Positions 12,090 to 25,284 of a stretch of 64,000 nucleotides of DNA are shown piece by piece. Below the pieces are notes generated by a model. The model ran no database searches. It was not told the DNA's origin and saw nothing but the letters and a program-made list of their open reading frames with translations. The translations under genes were made by a program, and so were the position numbers. How positions within the stretch are numbered: the first letter of the stretch is position 1; each line of letters starts with the position of its first letter. The stretch is from Lama guanicoe. Its lineage: Eukaryota. The stretch covers positions 4,473,366 to 4,537,365 of the forward strand of contig MU056050.1 in assembly GCA_013239625.1 (NCBI GenBank), in the 5' to 3' direction.

Positions 12090-13020
12090 AAGTCCACTAA
12101 AACTATTAAAAGAAGGAAATTATTTTGTAAGATATCCAATTTATAAAGTACACTCTGGTGGCAGTATAGAAGATAAATTCCAAGGAGTTGAGTTTAGAGG
12201 GAATGAGATTGGTTAGGAAGCTTTTGTAGTATAATGAAGATGATTAAATTGTGAATTAATGATTGTAGTGAGGATGAGAAGGAGAGGATAGATTTGAGAA
12301 ACATTTGGAGGGAAAATCAACAAAAACTTGTAATTGGTTGGATGCATTGAGGCATAAAGGGTAGATTGGTACTAAGGATGACTCCAGATTCTTTCTCTTG
12401 AAAAACAGGGAAACTAGAATACACAAGAAAGGGTAGACTTAAGGTGAAAATAATCCACAATTTTGTAAATCAACTATACTTCAATTTAAAAAGATGAAAA
12501 CAATCAATGCCATTTTTGATATACATTGAGTTTAAAGTGCATTTGAAACTCAATTGGATACAGTTAATGCATAATTGACTCTAAGGATCTGGAGATCATG
12601 GAAGAGGTTGGACATAGTGATAAAAGCTTAGGTGTCATCACCTATTACGTGACAGCTAAAACCATGTAAGTGGGTGAGAATACATAGTGAGAGTTTTTTA
12701 AAACGACAAGTGGGTTAGAAGAAACCCCTATAAAATATCCTTATTTAAAGAGATGGGTGGATTGATAAGAAACAATAGGAGTGTAGACAATAGCCCAAGA
12801 TGTTTGGAAGAGAAGAATGCATGACATTATGAGAAGAGAAAGATACAGGGAAGGAGTAAACAACAGTATAAAATTATGGGTCAAGAAACTTAAGAATTAA
12901 AAAGTGTCCATGAAATTTAGCAAATAAGAAATCATTTGTGAAATTGTTAAGGGCAGTTTCAATGGGATAGTGGTGGTAGAACCCAGATGATAGTGGGAGA
13001 GAATTAATGGAAGGTGACTA
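12090..13020 (-). mobile_element. L2 fragment containing a 35-bp L1 tail (12456-12490)
   Basis: Reverse L2 motifs (aaggatgactccagatt, gtgtccatgaaatttagcaa). The insert tgtaaatcaactatacttcaat is flanked by the imperfect TSD aaggtgaaaataatc/aagatgaaaacaatc. Confidence 0.75.
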
Positions 13021-14819
13021 TTTTATGGAAGATTTATAAGACATTAAAATATCATTGGATGCAAGCAAGAAGAAACTTAACCAAAAGTGTCTTCAATAAT
13101 AAAGAAAATGTACTGTCTCAAATAACAGAAGATTTAGATAGAGCATTTTCAGAAAAATAAAGATTCTACCATGCACCAGGTTCTTTCCACATTTGTTTTA
13201 CCATCCTCACATTGCTGAAGTTACAAGATATTTGTGGAAACACTAAACATTGTATTTTCACATATTGGGACAATGTCCAAAGGTCAGAATAAAGAAAGAA
13301 CACATGTTTCTCTCTTGTATTCTGTTTTTAAGAGTGAGGAAAATGTGTCCAAAATCTCCTAGCAGATTTGACCCATATTTCATCAGCCATTGTTGTGACA
13401 TTATATAATTTCTAAATTAATAATTAGCAAAAGTAATGGAATAGTTTAAATAAATCAAAATTCACACTTCCTCCAAACAAATGGCATGGCTGAAAGAGAG
13501 CAAGAGAGGGCTTCTTTGGTTCTGGAATATTCTATTTCTTGACCTCAATGGTAGTTATACAAATGTAGTAACTTTGTGAAAACTCATAGAGCTGAACACT
13601 TTTGATTTTGCACTCTGCTGTATATATATTTTATTTTGATATAAATTTATATGAAAATTGTTATCATCCCCCAAGGATCTTGATGGGAGGTCAAGGGTTA
13701 TCTTTACTAAAGTCAATGTTCACTAAAACTAAAGTTAGGGTTATTATTAGCAATGAAGAAAGTGGGAAATGGTTCTAAATTAGCTAATCAATAGTTCCTG
13801 TTATTCATTCAGGTAAATAATGGAATTTAGTTAAAACAGCTTGTTAGACATGACAAAACAAACAAATAAAAATAAGTAAATTTTAAAAAACAAAAAAAAT
13901 TTTCTTATTTAGTAATTAATGTAAACAGTTGAATCAAACCTCTAACATTTTACTGCATGTAAAGGAAATTAAAATAATTAGTCTACAATAAGAAAGATGT
14001 CATTTAATTCACAATATCACTGGTTTTCTACCTTATCAGACAAAACAACTCTTATAACATTTTATAATGACCCTTATACTATCCTGAAATGGAATTCATA
14101 ATGTAACTTACTTTCAGACATAATTTTTAAAATGCAATGTCCTAATTGTAATACAAAACAGAAATAAAGTAAACTAATTTTTGTAGTTATACTATGCACT
14201 TTAATATATAAATGCTGAGGCATGACTACACAGACGATCTAATGAAGGAGTAAGACACTAGCATGTACTTATGATGAGTATATTTGGTGTGAAAGGTAGG
14301 AGGAGGAACAGAGCTAATCTTTATAAAAAGTACAGAAAAATGATAAAGCGGAGGTTTATGTAGATGCTAAATAGAAAACTAGTGTTAGGATAAGCAATAA
14401 CAGAGCACAGTTACTGGTTTATGATTTAAAAAGGGAAGAAATAGCCTTAATTAAAGTAGAGATAACATGTCCCCAAAAATTATGTACTGTGGGAGTGGAG
14501 AAAACTAGGAACTATGTTACGCTTGCAAATAGGCTGAACATCATAGACGAGGCATAGTAATCTTTTACATTATGACACGGCACATAGTAGTCATGAGGTA
14601 GCAACAAAACAGTATCTCCTTCTAGAAAATCTTATCACACATCAAGGCAGGTGTTCTCTCTCTACTACTTAAAGAAACCTTGGAGGTGTTGACTGGTAGA
14701 TCTCTGTGAACAGTGTCATTCAAAAAACCAAAAAGAAACAATGCAGAAATAAGTTAATAATTTTAATATTTATTTTTCATATCATAGATTTTATATCCTT
14801 GTATTATGAAAATCAAAAA

Positions 14820-17800
14820 TGTATAGATGGACTTCTAATATCTGGTCCAGTGCATAAGGATTTTGGAAGAAGTCATTCCTGTCTTCACAAAAGACAAAAA
14901 GCTGAACAAACTGAAAATCAACAAATTTTCTTAGATCCATAAAAGAATTGAGAATAGAGGTCACAGGGCAAACTATTGCTTCCTAAATTGGAGAAACAGA
15001 GGAGGATACAGAGAATCACAACTTATAGGACAGAAGCCCAAGACTAGACACCACGGCAGGAAACAGTACCTTGGTACTAATTTAGTGCACTAAATTTTAC
15101 TTTAAAAACTTAGTACAATAAAATTAACATCTTCAAGAAATCTGAAAATAAAGCAAGATTTCCTAAAGAACAATGAAAAGGATTTAATCATAAAATAAGC
15201 CAAGTGGTTTTTTTTCACTCGTTCTACTAATCACAATTTTTTTAAAAAAACATTTCAAGGTGGCACTTTCAACTATCAGCTAATAAGAGATTGCAAATCT
15301 TCTCCACAAAAAAGAAACTACAGAGCTGGAAAAGAATTGACAGAACAACCATTTCAATGCTCTATAAATCCACAGATGATTTACAATTTTAGAAGCATGC
15401 ATGGTGGAAAAACTGATGAAATTTGAGTAAGAAGAGTGGGAATCTATGGTGTTCTGGCCCACACCTGTGTTCAGTTGAGGCAGGGTTTCTGCCAGGACAG
15501 GACAGGCTGTAAGGAACAGCATTTTCTTTTCTGTGATGTTACTGTAGTATGTGGGGCAAGCATATTCCTTGCTGAGGATGCATGCGTGACAAGTAGAGAT
15601 CAGACTTCTCTGATAATCCCACATAATCCTGGTCCAATTTGAGGCTATACATAAGAGACCCAAAAGAGCAAGTGGAATCTAAGAGACCAGGCAGGCTTAG
15701 AAATGGTCTGAACTTTGAATGTTCTCCCCCACCCATACACAGATTCATTGGCAGAAGATGAAATTTTACTCTTTCAAGATAGTCATTATAACCTCTGTAG
15801 AATCATTTTCTAACCATTAAGCTGTTCAGATACAAGAAGTTCCCTGGGAAGTCAGAATTTAAAATAAAGACAAGAATATAAGTAAATAAATAAAACTACT
15901 TTATTTTAAAAAATTGAACTGAACAACAGTGTCCATACATGGCAGGGAATACAGATTTCAAAAATGTATCCTAGGCAAGTTATTGAAGAAGTATATGGCA
16001 ACAACAGAAACCTATAGAGGGAAAATCAAGATCCAAATTTGTTATAGTACATTATCTAAAATGCCACTTTTCAACAAAACATTTAAGAGACATTCAAAGA
16101 AACACAAAAATGTACCCCATAAACAGGGGGAAAAAAATCTGTAAATAGAAAATTGTCTCTGAGTGTACTAAGATGTTAGATTTAGCCAACAGAACTTTAA
16201 GGCAGTAATTATCAATATGTTAAAACATCTTCAAAAAGCATAATTAAATAATTAAAGGAAAATATGACAACAATGATTCAACAAAAAGAAATTCTCAGGG
16301 AGATAGAAATTATATAAAATGGAAATTTGCCATTGAAAAGTACAATAACTGAAATGCAAAACTCATTAGCCCAACTCAACATTAGAATAGAGATAACAGA
16401 AGATTTAGTAAACTAGAGGGTATGTCAAAAGATATTATCTGATATGAAAAACAGATAAAGATTATTAAAAAAATAGAACCTCCAAGACCTGTGCAACATC
16501 AATTGTAGCAAAATGTGAGTCCCAGAAGGATAGGAGAGAAAGAGAGAAATATATACTAAAAAAAATTTATTCACACAAATTATATCATTTAGATGAAACA
16601 GAAAAATTCCTAGAAAGCCATCAGTTACCAATACTGATTCAAGAAGAAATAGAAAATATGAACAGACTAATAACAAGTAAAGAAATTCATGATTTAAAAA
16701 ATCTTCCCTAAAGTAAATGTCCAGAACAAGATGGTTTCACTGGTAAATTCTATCAAATAAAGAAGAGAAATAAGCAATTTTCTACAAACTTTTTCAGAAA
16801 ATAGCAAATGAAACACTCTACAACTCATTTTATAGACACAAAAATCCTTAAGAAAATCTTAGCAAATCAAAGTCAGCAACAAATTAAAAAAAAGAAAAAG
16901 AAAAAGGTTTACACACCATGACCAAGTAGAATTTATCCCAAGAAGGCAAAGTTGACTTAAAATCTCAAAATCAATGACTATAATATACAATGTTAAAAAA
17001 TAAAGAACAATAAAACAAAATGACAACCTGCAGAATGGGAGAAAATTTTTGCAAATGAAACCAACAAAGGCTTGATCTCCAGAATATATAAGCAGCTTAT
17101 ACAACTTAATAAGAAAAAAAAAACCCAATCCAAAAATGGGCAGAAGACCTAAACAAGCAATTCTCCAAGGAAGAAATACAAATGATCAATAGGCACATGA
17201 AAAAATGCTCAATATCACTCATTATCAGAGAAATGCAAATCAAAACTACAATGAGGTATCCCCTCACACCTGCCAGAATGGCCATCATTCAAAAGTTCAC
17301 AAATGACAAATGCTGGAGAGGCTGTGGACAAAAGGGAACCTTCCTACACTGCTGGTGGGAATGCAGTTTGGTGCAGCCACTGTGGAAAACAGTATGGAGA
17401 TTCCTCAAAAGACTAGGAATACACTTACCATATGACCCAGGAATCCCACTCCTGGGCATATATCCAGAAGGAACCCTACTTCAAAAAGATACCTGCATCC
17501 CAATGTTCATAGCAGCACTATTTACAATAGCCAAGACATGGAAACAGCCTGAATGTCCATCAACAGATGACTGGATAAAGAAGTGGTGGTATATTTATAC
17601 AATAGAATACTATTCAGCCATTAAAAATGACAACATGATGCCATTTGCAGCAATATGGATGCTCCTGGAGAATGTCATTCTAAGTGAAGTAAGCCAGAAA
17701 GAGAAAGAAAAATACCATATGAGATTGCTCATATGTGGAATCTGAGGAAAAAAAAAGAACATAAATACAAAACAGAAACAGACTCATAGACATAAAATAC

Positions 17801-20750
17801 AAACTTGTGGTTGCCAAGGGGGCAGGGGGTGGAAAGGGAAAGACTGGGAGTTCAAAATTTGTAGATACTAACAGGCATATGTAGAATAGATAAACAAGAT
17901 TATACTGTATAGCACAGGGAAATATATACAAGATCTTGTGGTAGCTTACAGTGAAAAAAAATGTGACAATGAATATATGTATGTTCATGTATAACTGAAA
18001 AATTATGCTCTACACTGGAATTTTACACAACATTGTAAAATGACTATAACTCAATAAAAAAAAGTCTAAAAAAATAAAGAATAGAAATACAATGCAATCT
18101 CAATAGACACAGAAAATCATTTCATAAAGTCCAACATCCTTTCATGATAAAAACCAACCAACTAGCAATAGGAGCATACTTCCTCAACCTGATAAAGGGC
18201 ATCTATGAAAACCCCACAGCTAGAGTCTTACCTCATGATGAAAGACTGAATGTTTTCCCCCTATGATTGAGAATGAGATAAGAATACATGTTTTTCCAGT
18301 TCTGTTCTACATTATACTGGAGATCCTGCCAGTAGAATAAGGTAAGAAAAAAATTAAAAGCATTCATTTTATAAAATAAGTAGTAAAACTGTCTTTATTC
18401 ATAGATAATATGATCCTGTATACAGGAAATCCCAAGGTATTCCCCCCAAACTAGTAGGACTAATAGGCAAGTTCAACAAAATCAGAAAATCCAACATCAC
18501 CTTACAAAATCAATTGTATTTCTATAGACCAGCATCAAACAATCATCAAATCAAGTTAAGAAAACAATTCAGTTTACAATAGCCTCAAGAGAATAAAATA
18601 CTTAGGAATAAATTTAGCATGAACGTTTCAGGTTCGTGTATTGGGAGATTCAGCATCACCTGAAGGGCAATTCTGTCCAAGTTGATCTATAAACACACCA
18701 AAAGTCAGAGTCTTAGCAGGCTCTTTTGTAGAAATTGACAAGCTGATCCTAATATTCAGATGGAAATGCAAGAAACCGGAATAGCCAATACAACCTTGAA
18801 GAAGAAGAGAGAAGCTTGAAGACTCACACTTTATTTCAAGACTAACCTCATAACTATAATAATCCAGAAAATACGGTACTGTCAAAATTACAGACATGCA
18901 ACAAAATGCAACAGAATTGAAAGTCCAGAAACAAATTCTTATATTTATGATCAATGGATATTGAACAAAAGTGCCAAAGCAATAAAATGGGGAAAGGATA
19001 GGCTTTTTAAGAAATAATGCTAGGACAATAACAACAAATACAAAAATGTGTTCTTAGACCCTTACCTGACACTATACACAAAAGTTAAATCAACATGAGT
19101 AGTATATTTAAATATGACTGCTAAGACTGCATAACATAAAGCTAAACATTTATAATCTTGGTTTGGTCAAAAAAAGTTTTAGAGACAACACAAAAATTAT
19201 GGTCCATAAATTTTTTTTTAAATCATAAATTAAACTTCACCGAAATTAAAAATGTCCTTCCAAATAAACCATTAAGAAAATGAAAGGTCTAGCCAAAAAC
19301 TGGTAAAAAATATTTTCAGATAATATATCTGATAATGGAATTGTATTCAGCATACGTAAAGAATCCTTAAAACCCAATAGTAATACAAACAATCCAGTTG
19401 AAAAATGGTAACAGATGATTTGAATAGACATTTTACTAAAAAGATAAGCTAATGGCTAATAAGCATATTTAAAGATACTTGGCATCACTTGCTATTAGGA
19501 AAAGACAAAATACAACTGCAGTGAGATACTCCTTCAGACTCCCTAGATGGCTACAGTAAAAAGACAGACAATATCAAGAGTTGACAGGGATATGGAAAAA
19601 CTGAATCCCTCATACATTGTTGGAGGGAAGGTAAAATGGTGCAGCCACTTTTGAAAACAGTTTGATACTTCCTTAAAAAGTTATACATAAACTTACAACC
19701 TCCTAATTCCATACCTAGGTAGCCACCCAAGATAAATTAAAATCTATGCATGTGCAAAATTTATGTACACACATTTTCAGAGCATCATTATTTATAATAG
19801 CCCCAATAGTGACACAGTCTTAATATCCTTCAGCTGGTGAATACATAAACGACACATGCTATAACATGGATGGACCTCAAAAACATCATGTAAAAGTAAA
19901 AGAAGCATGATGCAAAAGAGTACATACAATGACTACTTATTTAAAATGTCAAGGCATTGATTTCTAAGAGTTTTCTTCACAAGGAAAAACAGTTTTTTAT
20001 TTTTCTTTAATTTCATATTTACATGAGACCATGGATGTTCACTAAAATTATTGTGGTAATTATTTCATGATGTATGTAAGTCAAATCATTATGCTGTACA
20101 CCTTATACAGTGGTGTATGTCAATTATACTTCAATAAAATTGGAAGAAGAAATGTCAAAAGCAGGGAAATTTTATAGATATAGAAAGCAGATCAGTGGTT
20201 ACCTAAAGGTAGAGATGAATACAGATTTTAACTCTAAATAGTAATAAGGGAACTTTCTAGGATGCTGAAATATTTACAGATAAAATAATCTTATGCCTTG
20301 AAAACCCAGAAAGATAACTCAAAATCTCCTGGAAGTATGAATATTCTGAAATGTGGCCAGAAAAAAATGATACATTTACAAAGAATCAGTATAATTCATG
20401 TATGCCAACAATAAGCATTTAGAAGCCATAATGGAGAAAAAAGTTTCATTAATAATAGCAGCAAAATGAAATTTATTGAAAAAAACCTTAATATGCAATG
20501 TGCACAAGTATATAAAAACAAACACAAAAACAACTATATAATGTTAAAGAATTAACTTCCAGTGTGATTCTTTGCTCTCTCCATCCCCACACTTCTGTGG
20601 AGAAAGAATGTACTTACTATGGCAGGTGATGGCTATGGTAATTAACTCGATTGTCACAGTGCCAACGTATATCAAATCATCATGTTGTACTCTTTAAATG
20701 TCTATAATTTTATTTGTCAACTATACCTCAATAAAGCTGTGAAAAAATAA
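14820..20750 (+). mobile_element. Mosaic of old L1M sequence (5' region, ORF1/ORF2 remnants, several 3' ends)
   Basis: Degenerate ORF2 text such as gatggtttcactggtaaattctatcaa, cacaccatgaccaagtagaatttatccc and gataaagggcatctatgaaaaccccacagc; 3' ends near 20140 and 20740. Confidence 0.85.
17008..18068 (+). mobile_element. Young 5'-truncated L1 nested in the old L1; includes ORF2p C-terminus (17182-17745)
   Basis: ORF contains the ORF2p Cys-rich motif [19 protein letters not shown] and ends LICGI*, followed by 3' UTR and A tail. TSD AAAAAATAAAGAA at 16995-17007 and 18069-18081. Confidence 0.93.
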
Positions 20751-22300
20751 TTAGTCAAATGCCAGGACTTTATTGGAGCCAATGGTGACAAGTAGAGCTT
20801 TTGGTATAATAAGTGAACAGTTTAAAAGCTCAGGCTTCTCTGGAGCCTGTTCAACATTGCTTTCTATACTTACCCTTTTGGTTTCTATGTTAGAATCATG
20901 CTCTATGAGTTGCCACAATGAATCAGGCCTGAGGTTACTCCCTTGTTTGGTGCCATTCACCAACCCTGTACGGGCCAAACTGAAGCCAGAGTGAATTCAA
21001 GGGATTAGAGGGCATCTTCTAGGCCTCTTAGCACTGCTCTGCCTAGCAAAGAGTCTTCAACAGCTATCGTGTGTTGCAACTCACGGCAGCCCTGGGATAT
21101 ACGAGGGGGGAAAGGTCCAAAGCATTAGAGCAAGTTTAATCAATATTCTATACTAATATTGACAGTTCTTCCTGAGCCTTGGGCCTGTTCCTCTAGTTTG
21201 GCTGCAGTCATTATAGACAGCTAGCAAAGGATTCATGTATAATAGTGACCTTGAACAAAACAGAACTTCTCAGATCTTGGAAATATACCAATGTAATATT
21301 TTGTGTCTGTGTATTGTTCGTCACAAGAGCAATACCACACCCTGATGAGTATAAAAGATCTTTTATAGTGAAAGATCTTTTCCTCTAAAGACGATTGCTT
21401 AATCCTGAAAGATGACCTTTCAACTTGGCTGGACCACCTCACCTCTCAAAATCTAGACTTCAAGGTAGCTGCCTCTGATCATGTGCAATCATGGAAGATA
21501 TAAATGTCATTCTTGAGATCAGATTTTTTGAGATGACTGTTAATGAGATGAGTGTTAATGGAAGCAACAAAATCGGTAGCAGCACCAGCAATACAAGGAA
21601 GTGAATGGTTTCTGGGGTAGCCAATAACTTGGGTAGCAGTTGTGCAGAAATCTAGCTTCAAGGAGATATATCTGAATTTTGACCATACTTGCAAGCTGTA
21701 AGAGATACCAGTGCTTACCTTAGACATGAAGATCAATAGGCCCCCTTCAAAGGCTAATGTTGGCATCAGTAGTGATCACTTGTATTGATATGTGTCCAGT
21801 AAAATAAAGATATTTGAGATTCAGCCCAGTATAAGCTTTAGGGAAGAGCAAGATAAGAATGACAGTACAGAAATACCTGAAAAACATTTGCTTCTACACT
21901 GGAGAAGAATTCAATTTAGATTAAAGAGTTACTATTTAGAATTAAAAACACATCTTACAGGTGCTATGAGTAACTTCTCACATGGAGCCAGAAGATCTGA
22001 TATCAGTGAACACAGGCCAGGGCAATTCATTTGTGACTTCAAACAGTTAGTGAAGTTGCATTTTTGTAGACAAAGTCCCATTTGGGGATCATGTCTCCTG
22101 TACTGGGAAAACATTTTTGATCAGTGCTTCTTGTTAGTTATATTCTGATTTCTGGCAGAATGTATATTATTTTGAATGGCTCCCTAAAGGCAAAAGCTTG
22201 TGAAGCATAAGCACAGTGGCAGCGTAGGGCTAATGAAAGCCTTGGGAGCTCTACAGGATAACAAAAATACAGAAGGAAGAACAGAGAATTGGAAACTTGG
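20751..22300 (-). mobile_element. Ancient RTE-clade LINE remnant (MamRTE1-like) with decayed RT
   Basis: Minus translation IGIFPRSEKFCFVQG ... IMTAAKLEEQ ... ID*TCSNALD ... LVNGTKQGSNLRPDSLW (20920-20960) parallels RTE RT motifs ILPESQCGFR, IFTLRQLQEK, IDLTKAFD and VTNGVKQGCVLAPTLF with plausible spacing. The right boundary is uncertain. Confidence 0.5.
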
Positions 22301-22634
22301 GAAATTCGGGGCCATGAACTTTTGCCTTTTACAAATGCCAGGCACCCTGATCATAAGATAGAAATGTAGGGTATACAATAAATGAAAAAAACAGATTACT
22401 TTTGTTTTCCTAAATCCTATAGATGGGTTTCTGGTGATGTGATATTCTTCTGTATATTGGGGTTTACATTCGAGCTTAGAAAAAATGAGCTTCTAGAGAG
22501 ATTTATGATTTTAATACAGCTTTGGGAGTAGAGAATTAGAAGCCAATTCTAGCAACTGCCTTTAAAGAATAAGCACTTATAAGGGAATGAATCAAAATAT
22601 TGTCAGTAGTTTTCTATGGCTAGTGGGTTTAATT

Positions 22635-22905
22635 AGGAGCAGTGTAGTGCTGAAGAGTGTGTGGGCTCTCAAGCTAGACTGTTTGAGCGTGGGTTTGAAA
22701 TTTTGACTCTCATACAACTGTGACATCTTAGGAAAAAGACTTAAGTTCTCTGTGCCTTTGTTGCTTCATTGGTAAAAAAGAAATAACAATAAAATCTGCT
22801 GCTGCTGGTTGTCATGAGCATTAAAAAATAATATATAGGAAAAAATTAGCAGAGGATCTGACTCATAAAAGGTGCCCAGCCACTGTTACACTGTTAGCTA
22901 TTATT
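22635..22905 (+). mobile_element. MIR SINE
   Basis: ctgtgacatcttagg..cttaagttctctgtgcct..ggtaaaa core. Confidence 0.75.
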
Positions 22906-23261
22906 TTCTCCAAACTTTCAGAATTTTCTACAATAAACCTATATTCCTTTATTTTCAGGAAAAAGTTATATTAAAAAGATATAATACTATTGAATATATA
23001 TATATAGCCTTTATTTTGTTTATCTTGCAATTTTGGATTTGGGTAAAATTTGAGATGAAAACTTACCATCAGCCACTTATTTTGTAGTCCAGTGAAATCC
23101 ATCTGAATTCTAGACAAAAATGTATATATAATCCACATTTTAATGTCCATAGCTCTTGCATTATATTTCTGATGGAGACTGACTATGGGTGTCTATACAT
23201 GTTATCTAATCACTTTGTATAAAACGAGGATAATCATACTGAGCTTGTATGGTTGTGGTGG

Positions 23262-24006
23262 TGTTGCCAAAACACAGCCTCTGTACCCTACTTACCAAAT
23301 TGAGACTCGAGGACAGAGTTTTGGATGAAGTAAAAAAGGTAGCTTTATTTCTTTGCCAGGCAAAGGAGGTAGAGTAGGCTAATGCCTCTAAGTCTGTGAG
23401 CCTGCTGGAAGGAAAAAGTAGGGGGTTTTATAGTAAAAGATCAAGAGTTCAAGGAGCAGAACTAATTTCCATAGAGATCATATACAGGGTAACAAATTCT
23501 TGCAAAGTTGTTCTTGTTTTTGCAAATGCAGTGGCTCCCTTTCTTCTGCTGGGTATGAAGTTCACCTCTGGCTTTGGGAAACTTCCAATAGTGTTGTAAC
23601 TAGAACAAAGAATGTATAAGAAGGGTCTCCATGGAAAAGAGCTCTAGAGAAAATTCTGTGCAATTTAAAGTCAGATTGATAAATGCTTTTAGCCTTTTGC
23701 TGCAGGCTGAGGCCTGCAGCTTGAACAACAGGATACAAGGAAATCACAAGGGGTCAAAAACAACTGCAGACATGCACAGTTGGGGTAAGTTATGAACAAC
23801 AAGATGTACAAAACACCCAACTGCCATTTATGAGGTTTTGGGTCAAGAGAAGGACACTGAGGTCAAAAGCAGGGCACTGAGCATGATCCCTGCATGCAGC
23901 ACCAGGAGGGGGTGGACCACCCAAGCTTCCCTCCTCTCCAGCCTAACCCTGGTCAGCAAGAGCATGAGAAAAACCCTTTAAAACATTGTATAGTTAGGCA
24001 GTTACA
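23262..24006. mobile_element. Composite ERV LTR sequence (probably two LTRs)
   Basis: tgttgccaaa..agctttatttctttgccaggcaaagg is the minus-strand LTR R/U5 pattern; a second TGTAAC start occurs near 23595; ends ..gttaca. No clean TSD. Confidence 0.6.
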
Positions 24007-25284
24007 AACACCATTGCAGATATCAGCTGGTCACCAATGACAATAGGGTACTGCTCAGTTGCAGTGATGATTAGCTTAGATATACACTGAAGGTCCCTCC
24101 ATATATAGTGGCTGGCATACATTAGGCATTCAATTAATACTAGTTACTATCACCCCAACTCACCTTTAACAAGTTAGACCAAGGAGTCTGACATGTACTA
24201 CATTACAGTAAAGTTGTTTTTCAAAATAAGAATCAGGTCCAGGCCACTAAATACATCTTCCTGCCAATGTTTTCATATAGACAATTCCTAGATATACTTA
24301 GATTGTATGGCCAAAATACAATTATATCACTTTTTTTAAACAATAACCATGGGACAACCTATAAGATATATCTTCAATGTCAGTTTTCTATATGGTGCAC
24401 AAATGACTTAATTACCTCAGGAAGTTCCTCTAAGGGACAGCCACTCTTTACTGAAATTAAAACCATGTCCAATCCAAAATTCTGTTATGTGTGCAATTTG
24501 ATCATCCTAAAGATGTGAGTTAGGGAGAGTTTTTAACATCAATGCTTCTATAGAGATGACATATGATCATCTGCAGTGTGAAGCGGCAAATGACTGTTTA
24601 TAGCAAAGCACATTATTTTTGTCTAAAATACTGGGGTACTGCCACTATGGCGGCATAATTAACATTACAGGTTTACCCTGTGAAGAATCTCAAAAGAGAC
24701 TTCTAATTAATATAATTGTGAACACACAGGAATTAAAGACATTATAGAATGTCTTTTGATTTATGATGATAAGAAGGATTTCTTTTGTCAATTTCCATTT
24801 ATTTCTATTTTGTGCATGGAATTGCCCTTGAGTAGTTAGCGATCAGTGCTTCAGTGCCATCTGGCACTTTGTGGATAGGCATGTCTCCAAAATCATAAGG
24901 TGAAATATTGATTGTAAAAAACAGAGCTTTATGTTCTCTGTAATGTACTAGCACAGGCTTGAAGTCAATAACTATTTGCTAGTCTCAAAAAGAGGTTAAA
25001 ACTGGAAATTCAATGCCATAGAATATCAGGCAGCCCTACCTCCACATTCCAAGCAGGGAATACAACTCAGCAAAAGTTGCCTTTTGTGAAATAAAAGTTG
25101 ATACGTTGAATAATGCCAGTACCCTCTTGAAGCCTACCAATTCCTAAAGACACCTTAATGACCTGTTTTGGTTTTGGAGTAGGTATCTTATGCATTCTAT
25201 TAAATGAACATTAGCAGCATGGATGTAGTAGACTAAATTATTCAAATCCTGAGTCTTTTTCTTCTCTAAACCTAAATTCCTGAT

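Noticed and set aside
17182..17745. 187-aa ORF as a host gene
   Set aside because: C-terminal piece of L1 ORF2p in a truncated insertion.
21792..22148. 118-aa plus-strand ORF
   Set aside because: GTG start, no recognisable domain, antisense to the putative RTE fossil.
20751..22300. Endogenous bornavirus-like element or processed pseudogene
   Set aside because: No resemblance to recalled bornavirus N, G or L sequences and no poly(A)/TSD; non-LTR RT motifs fit better.
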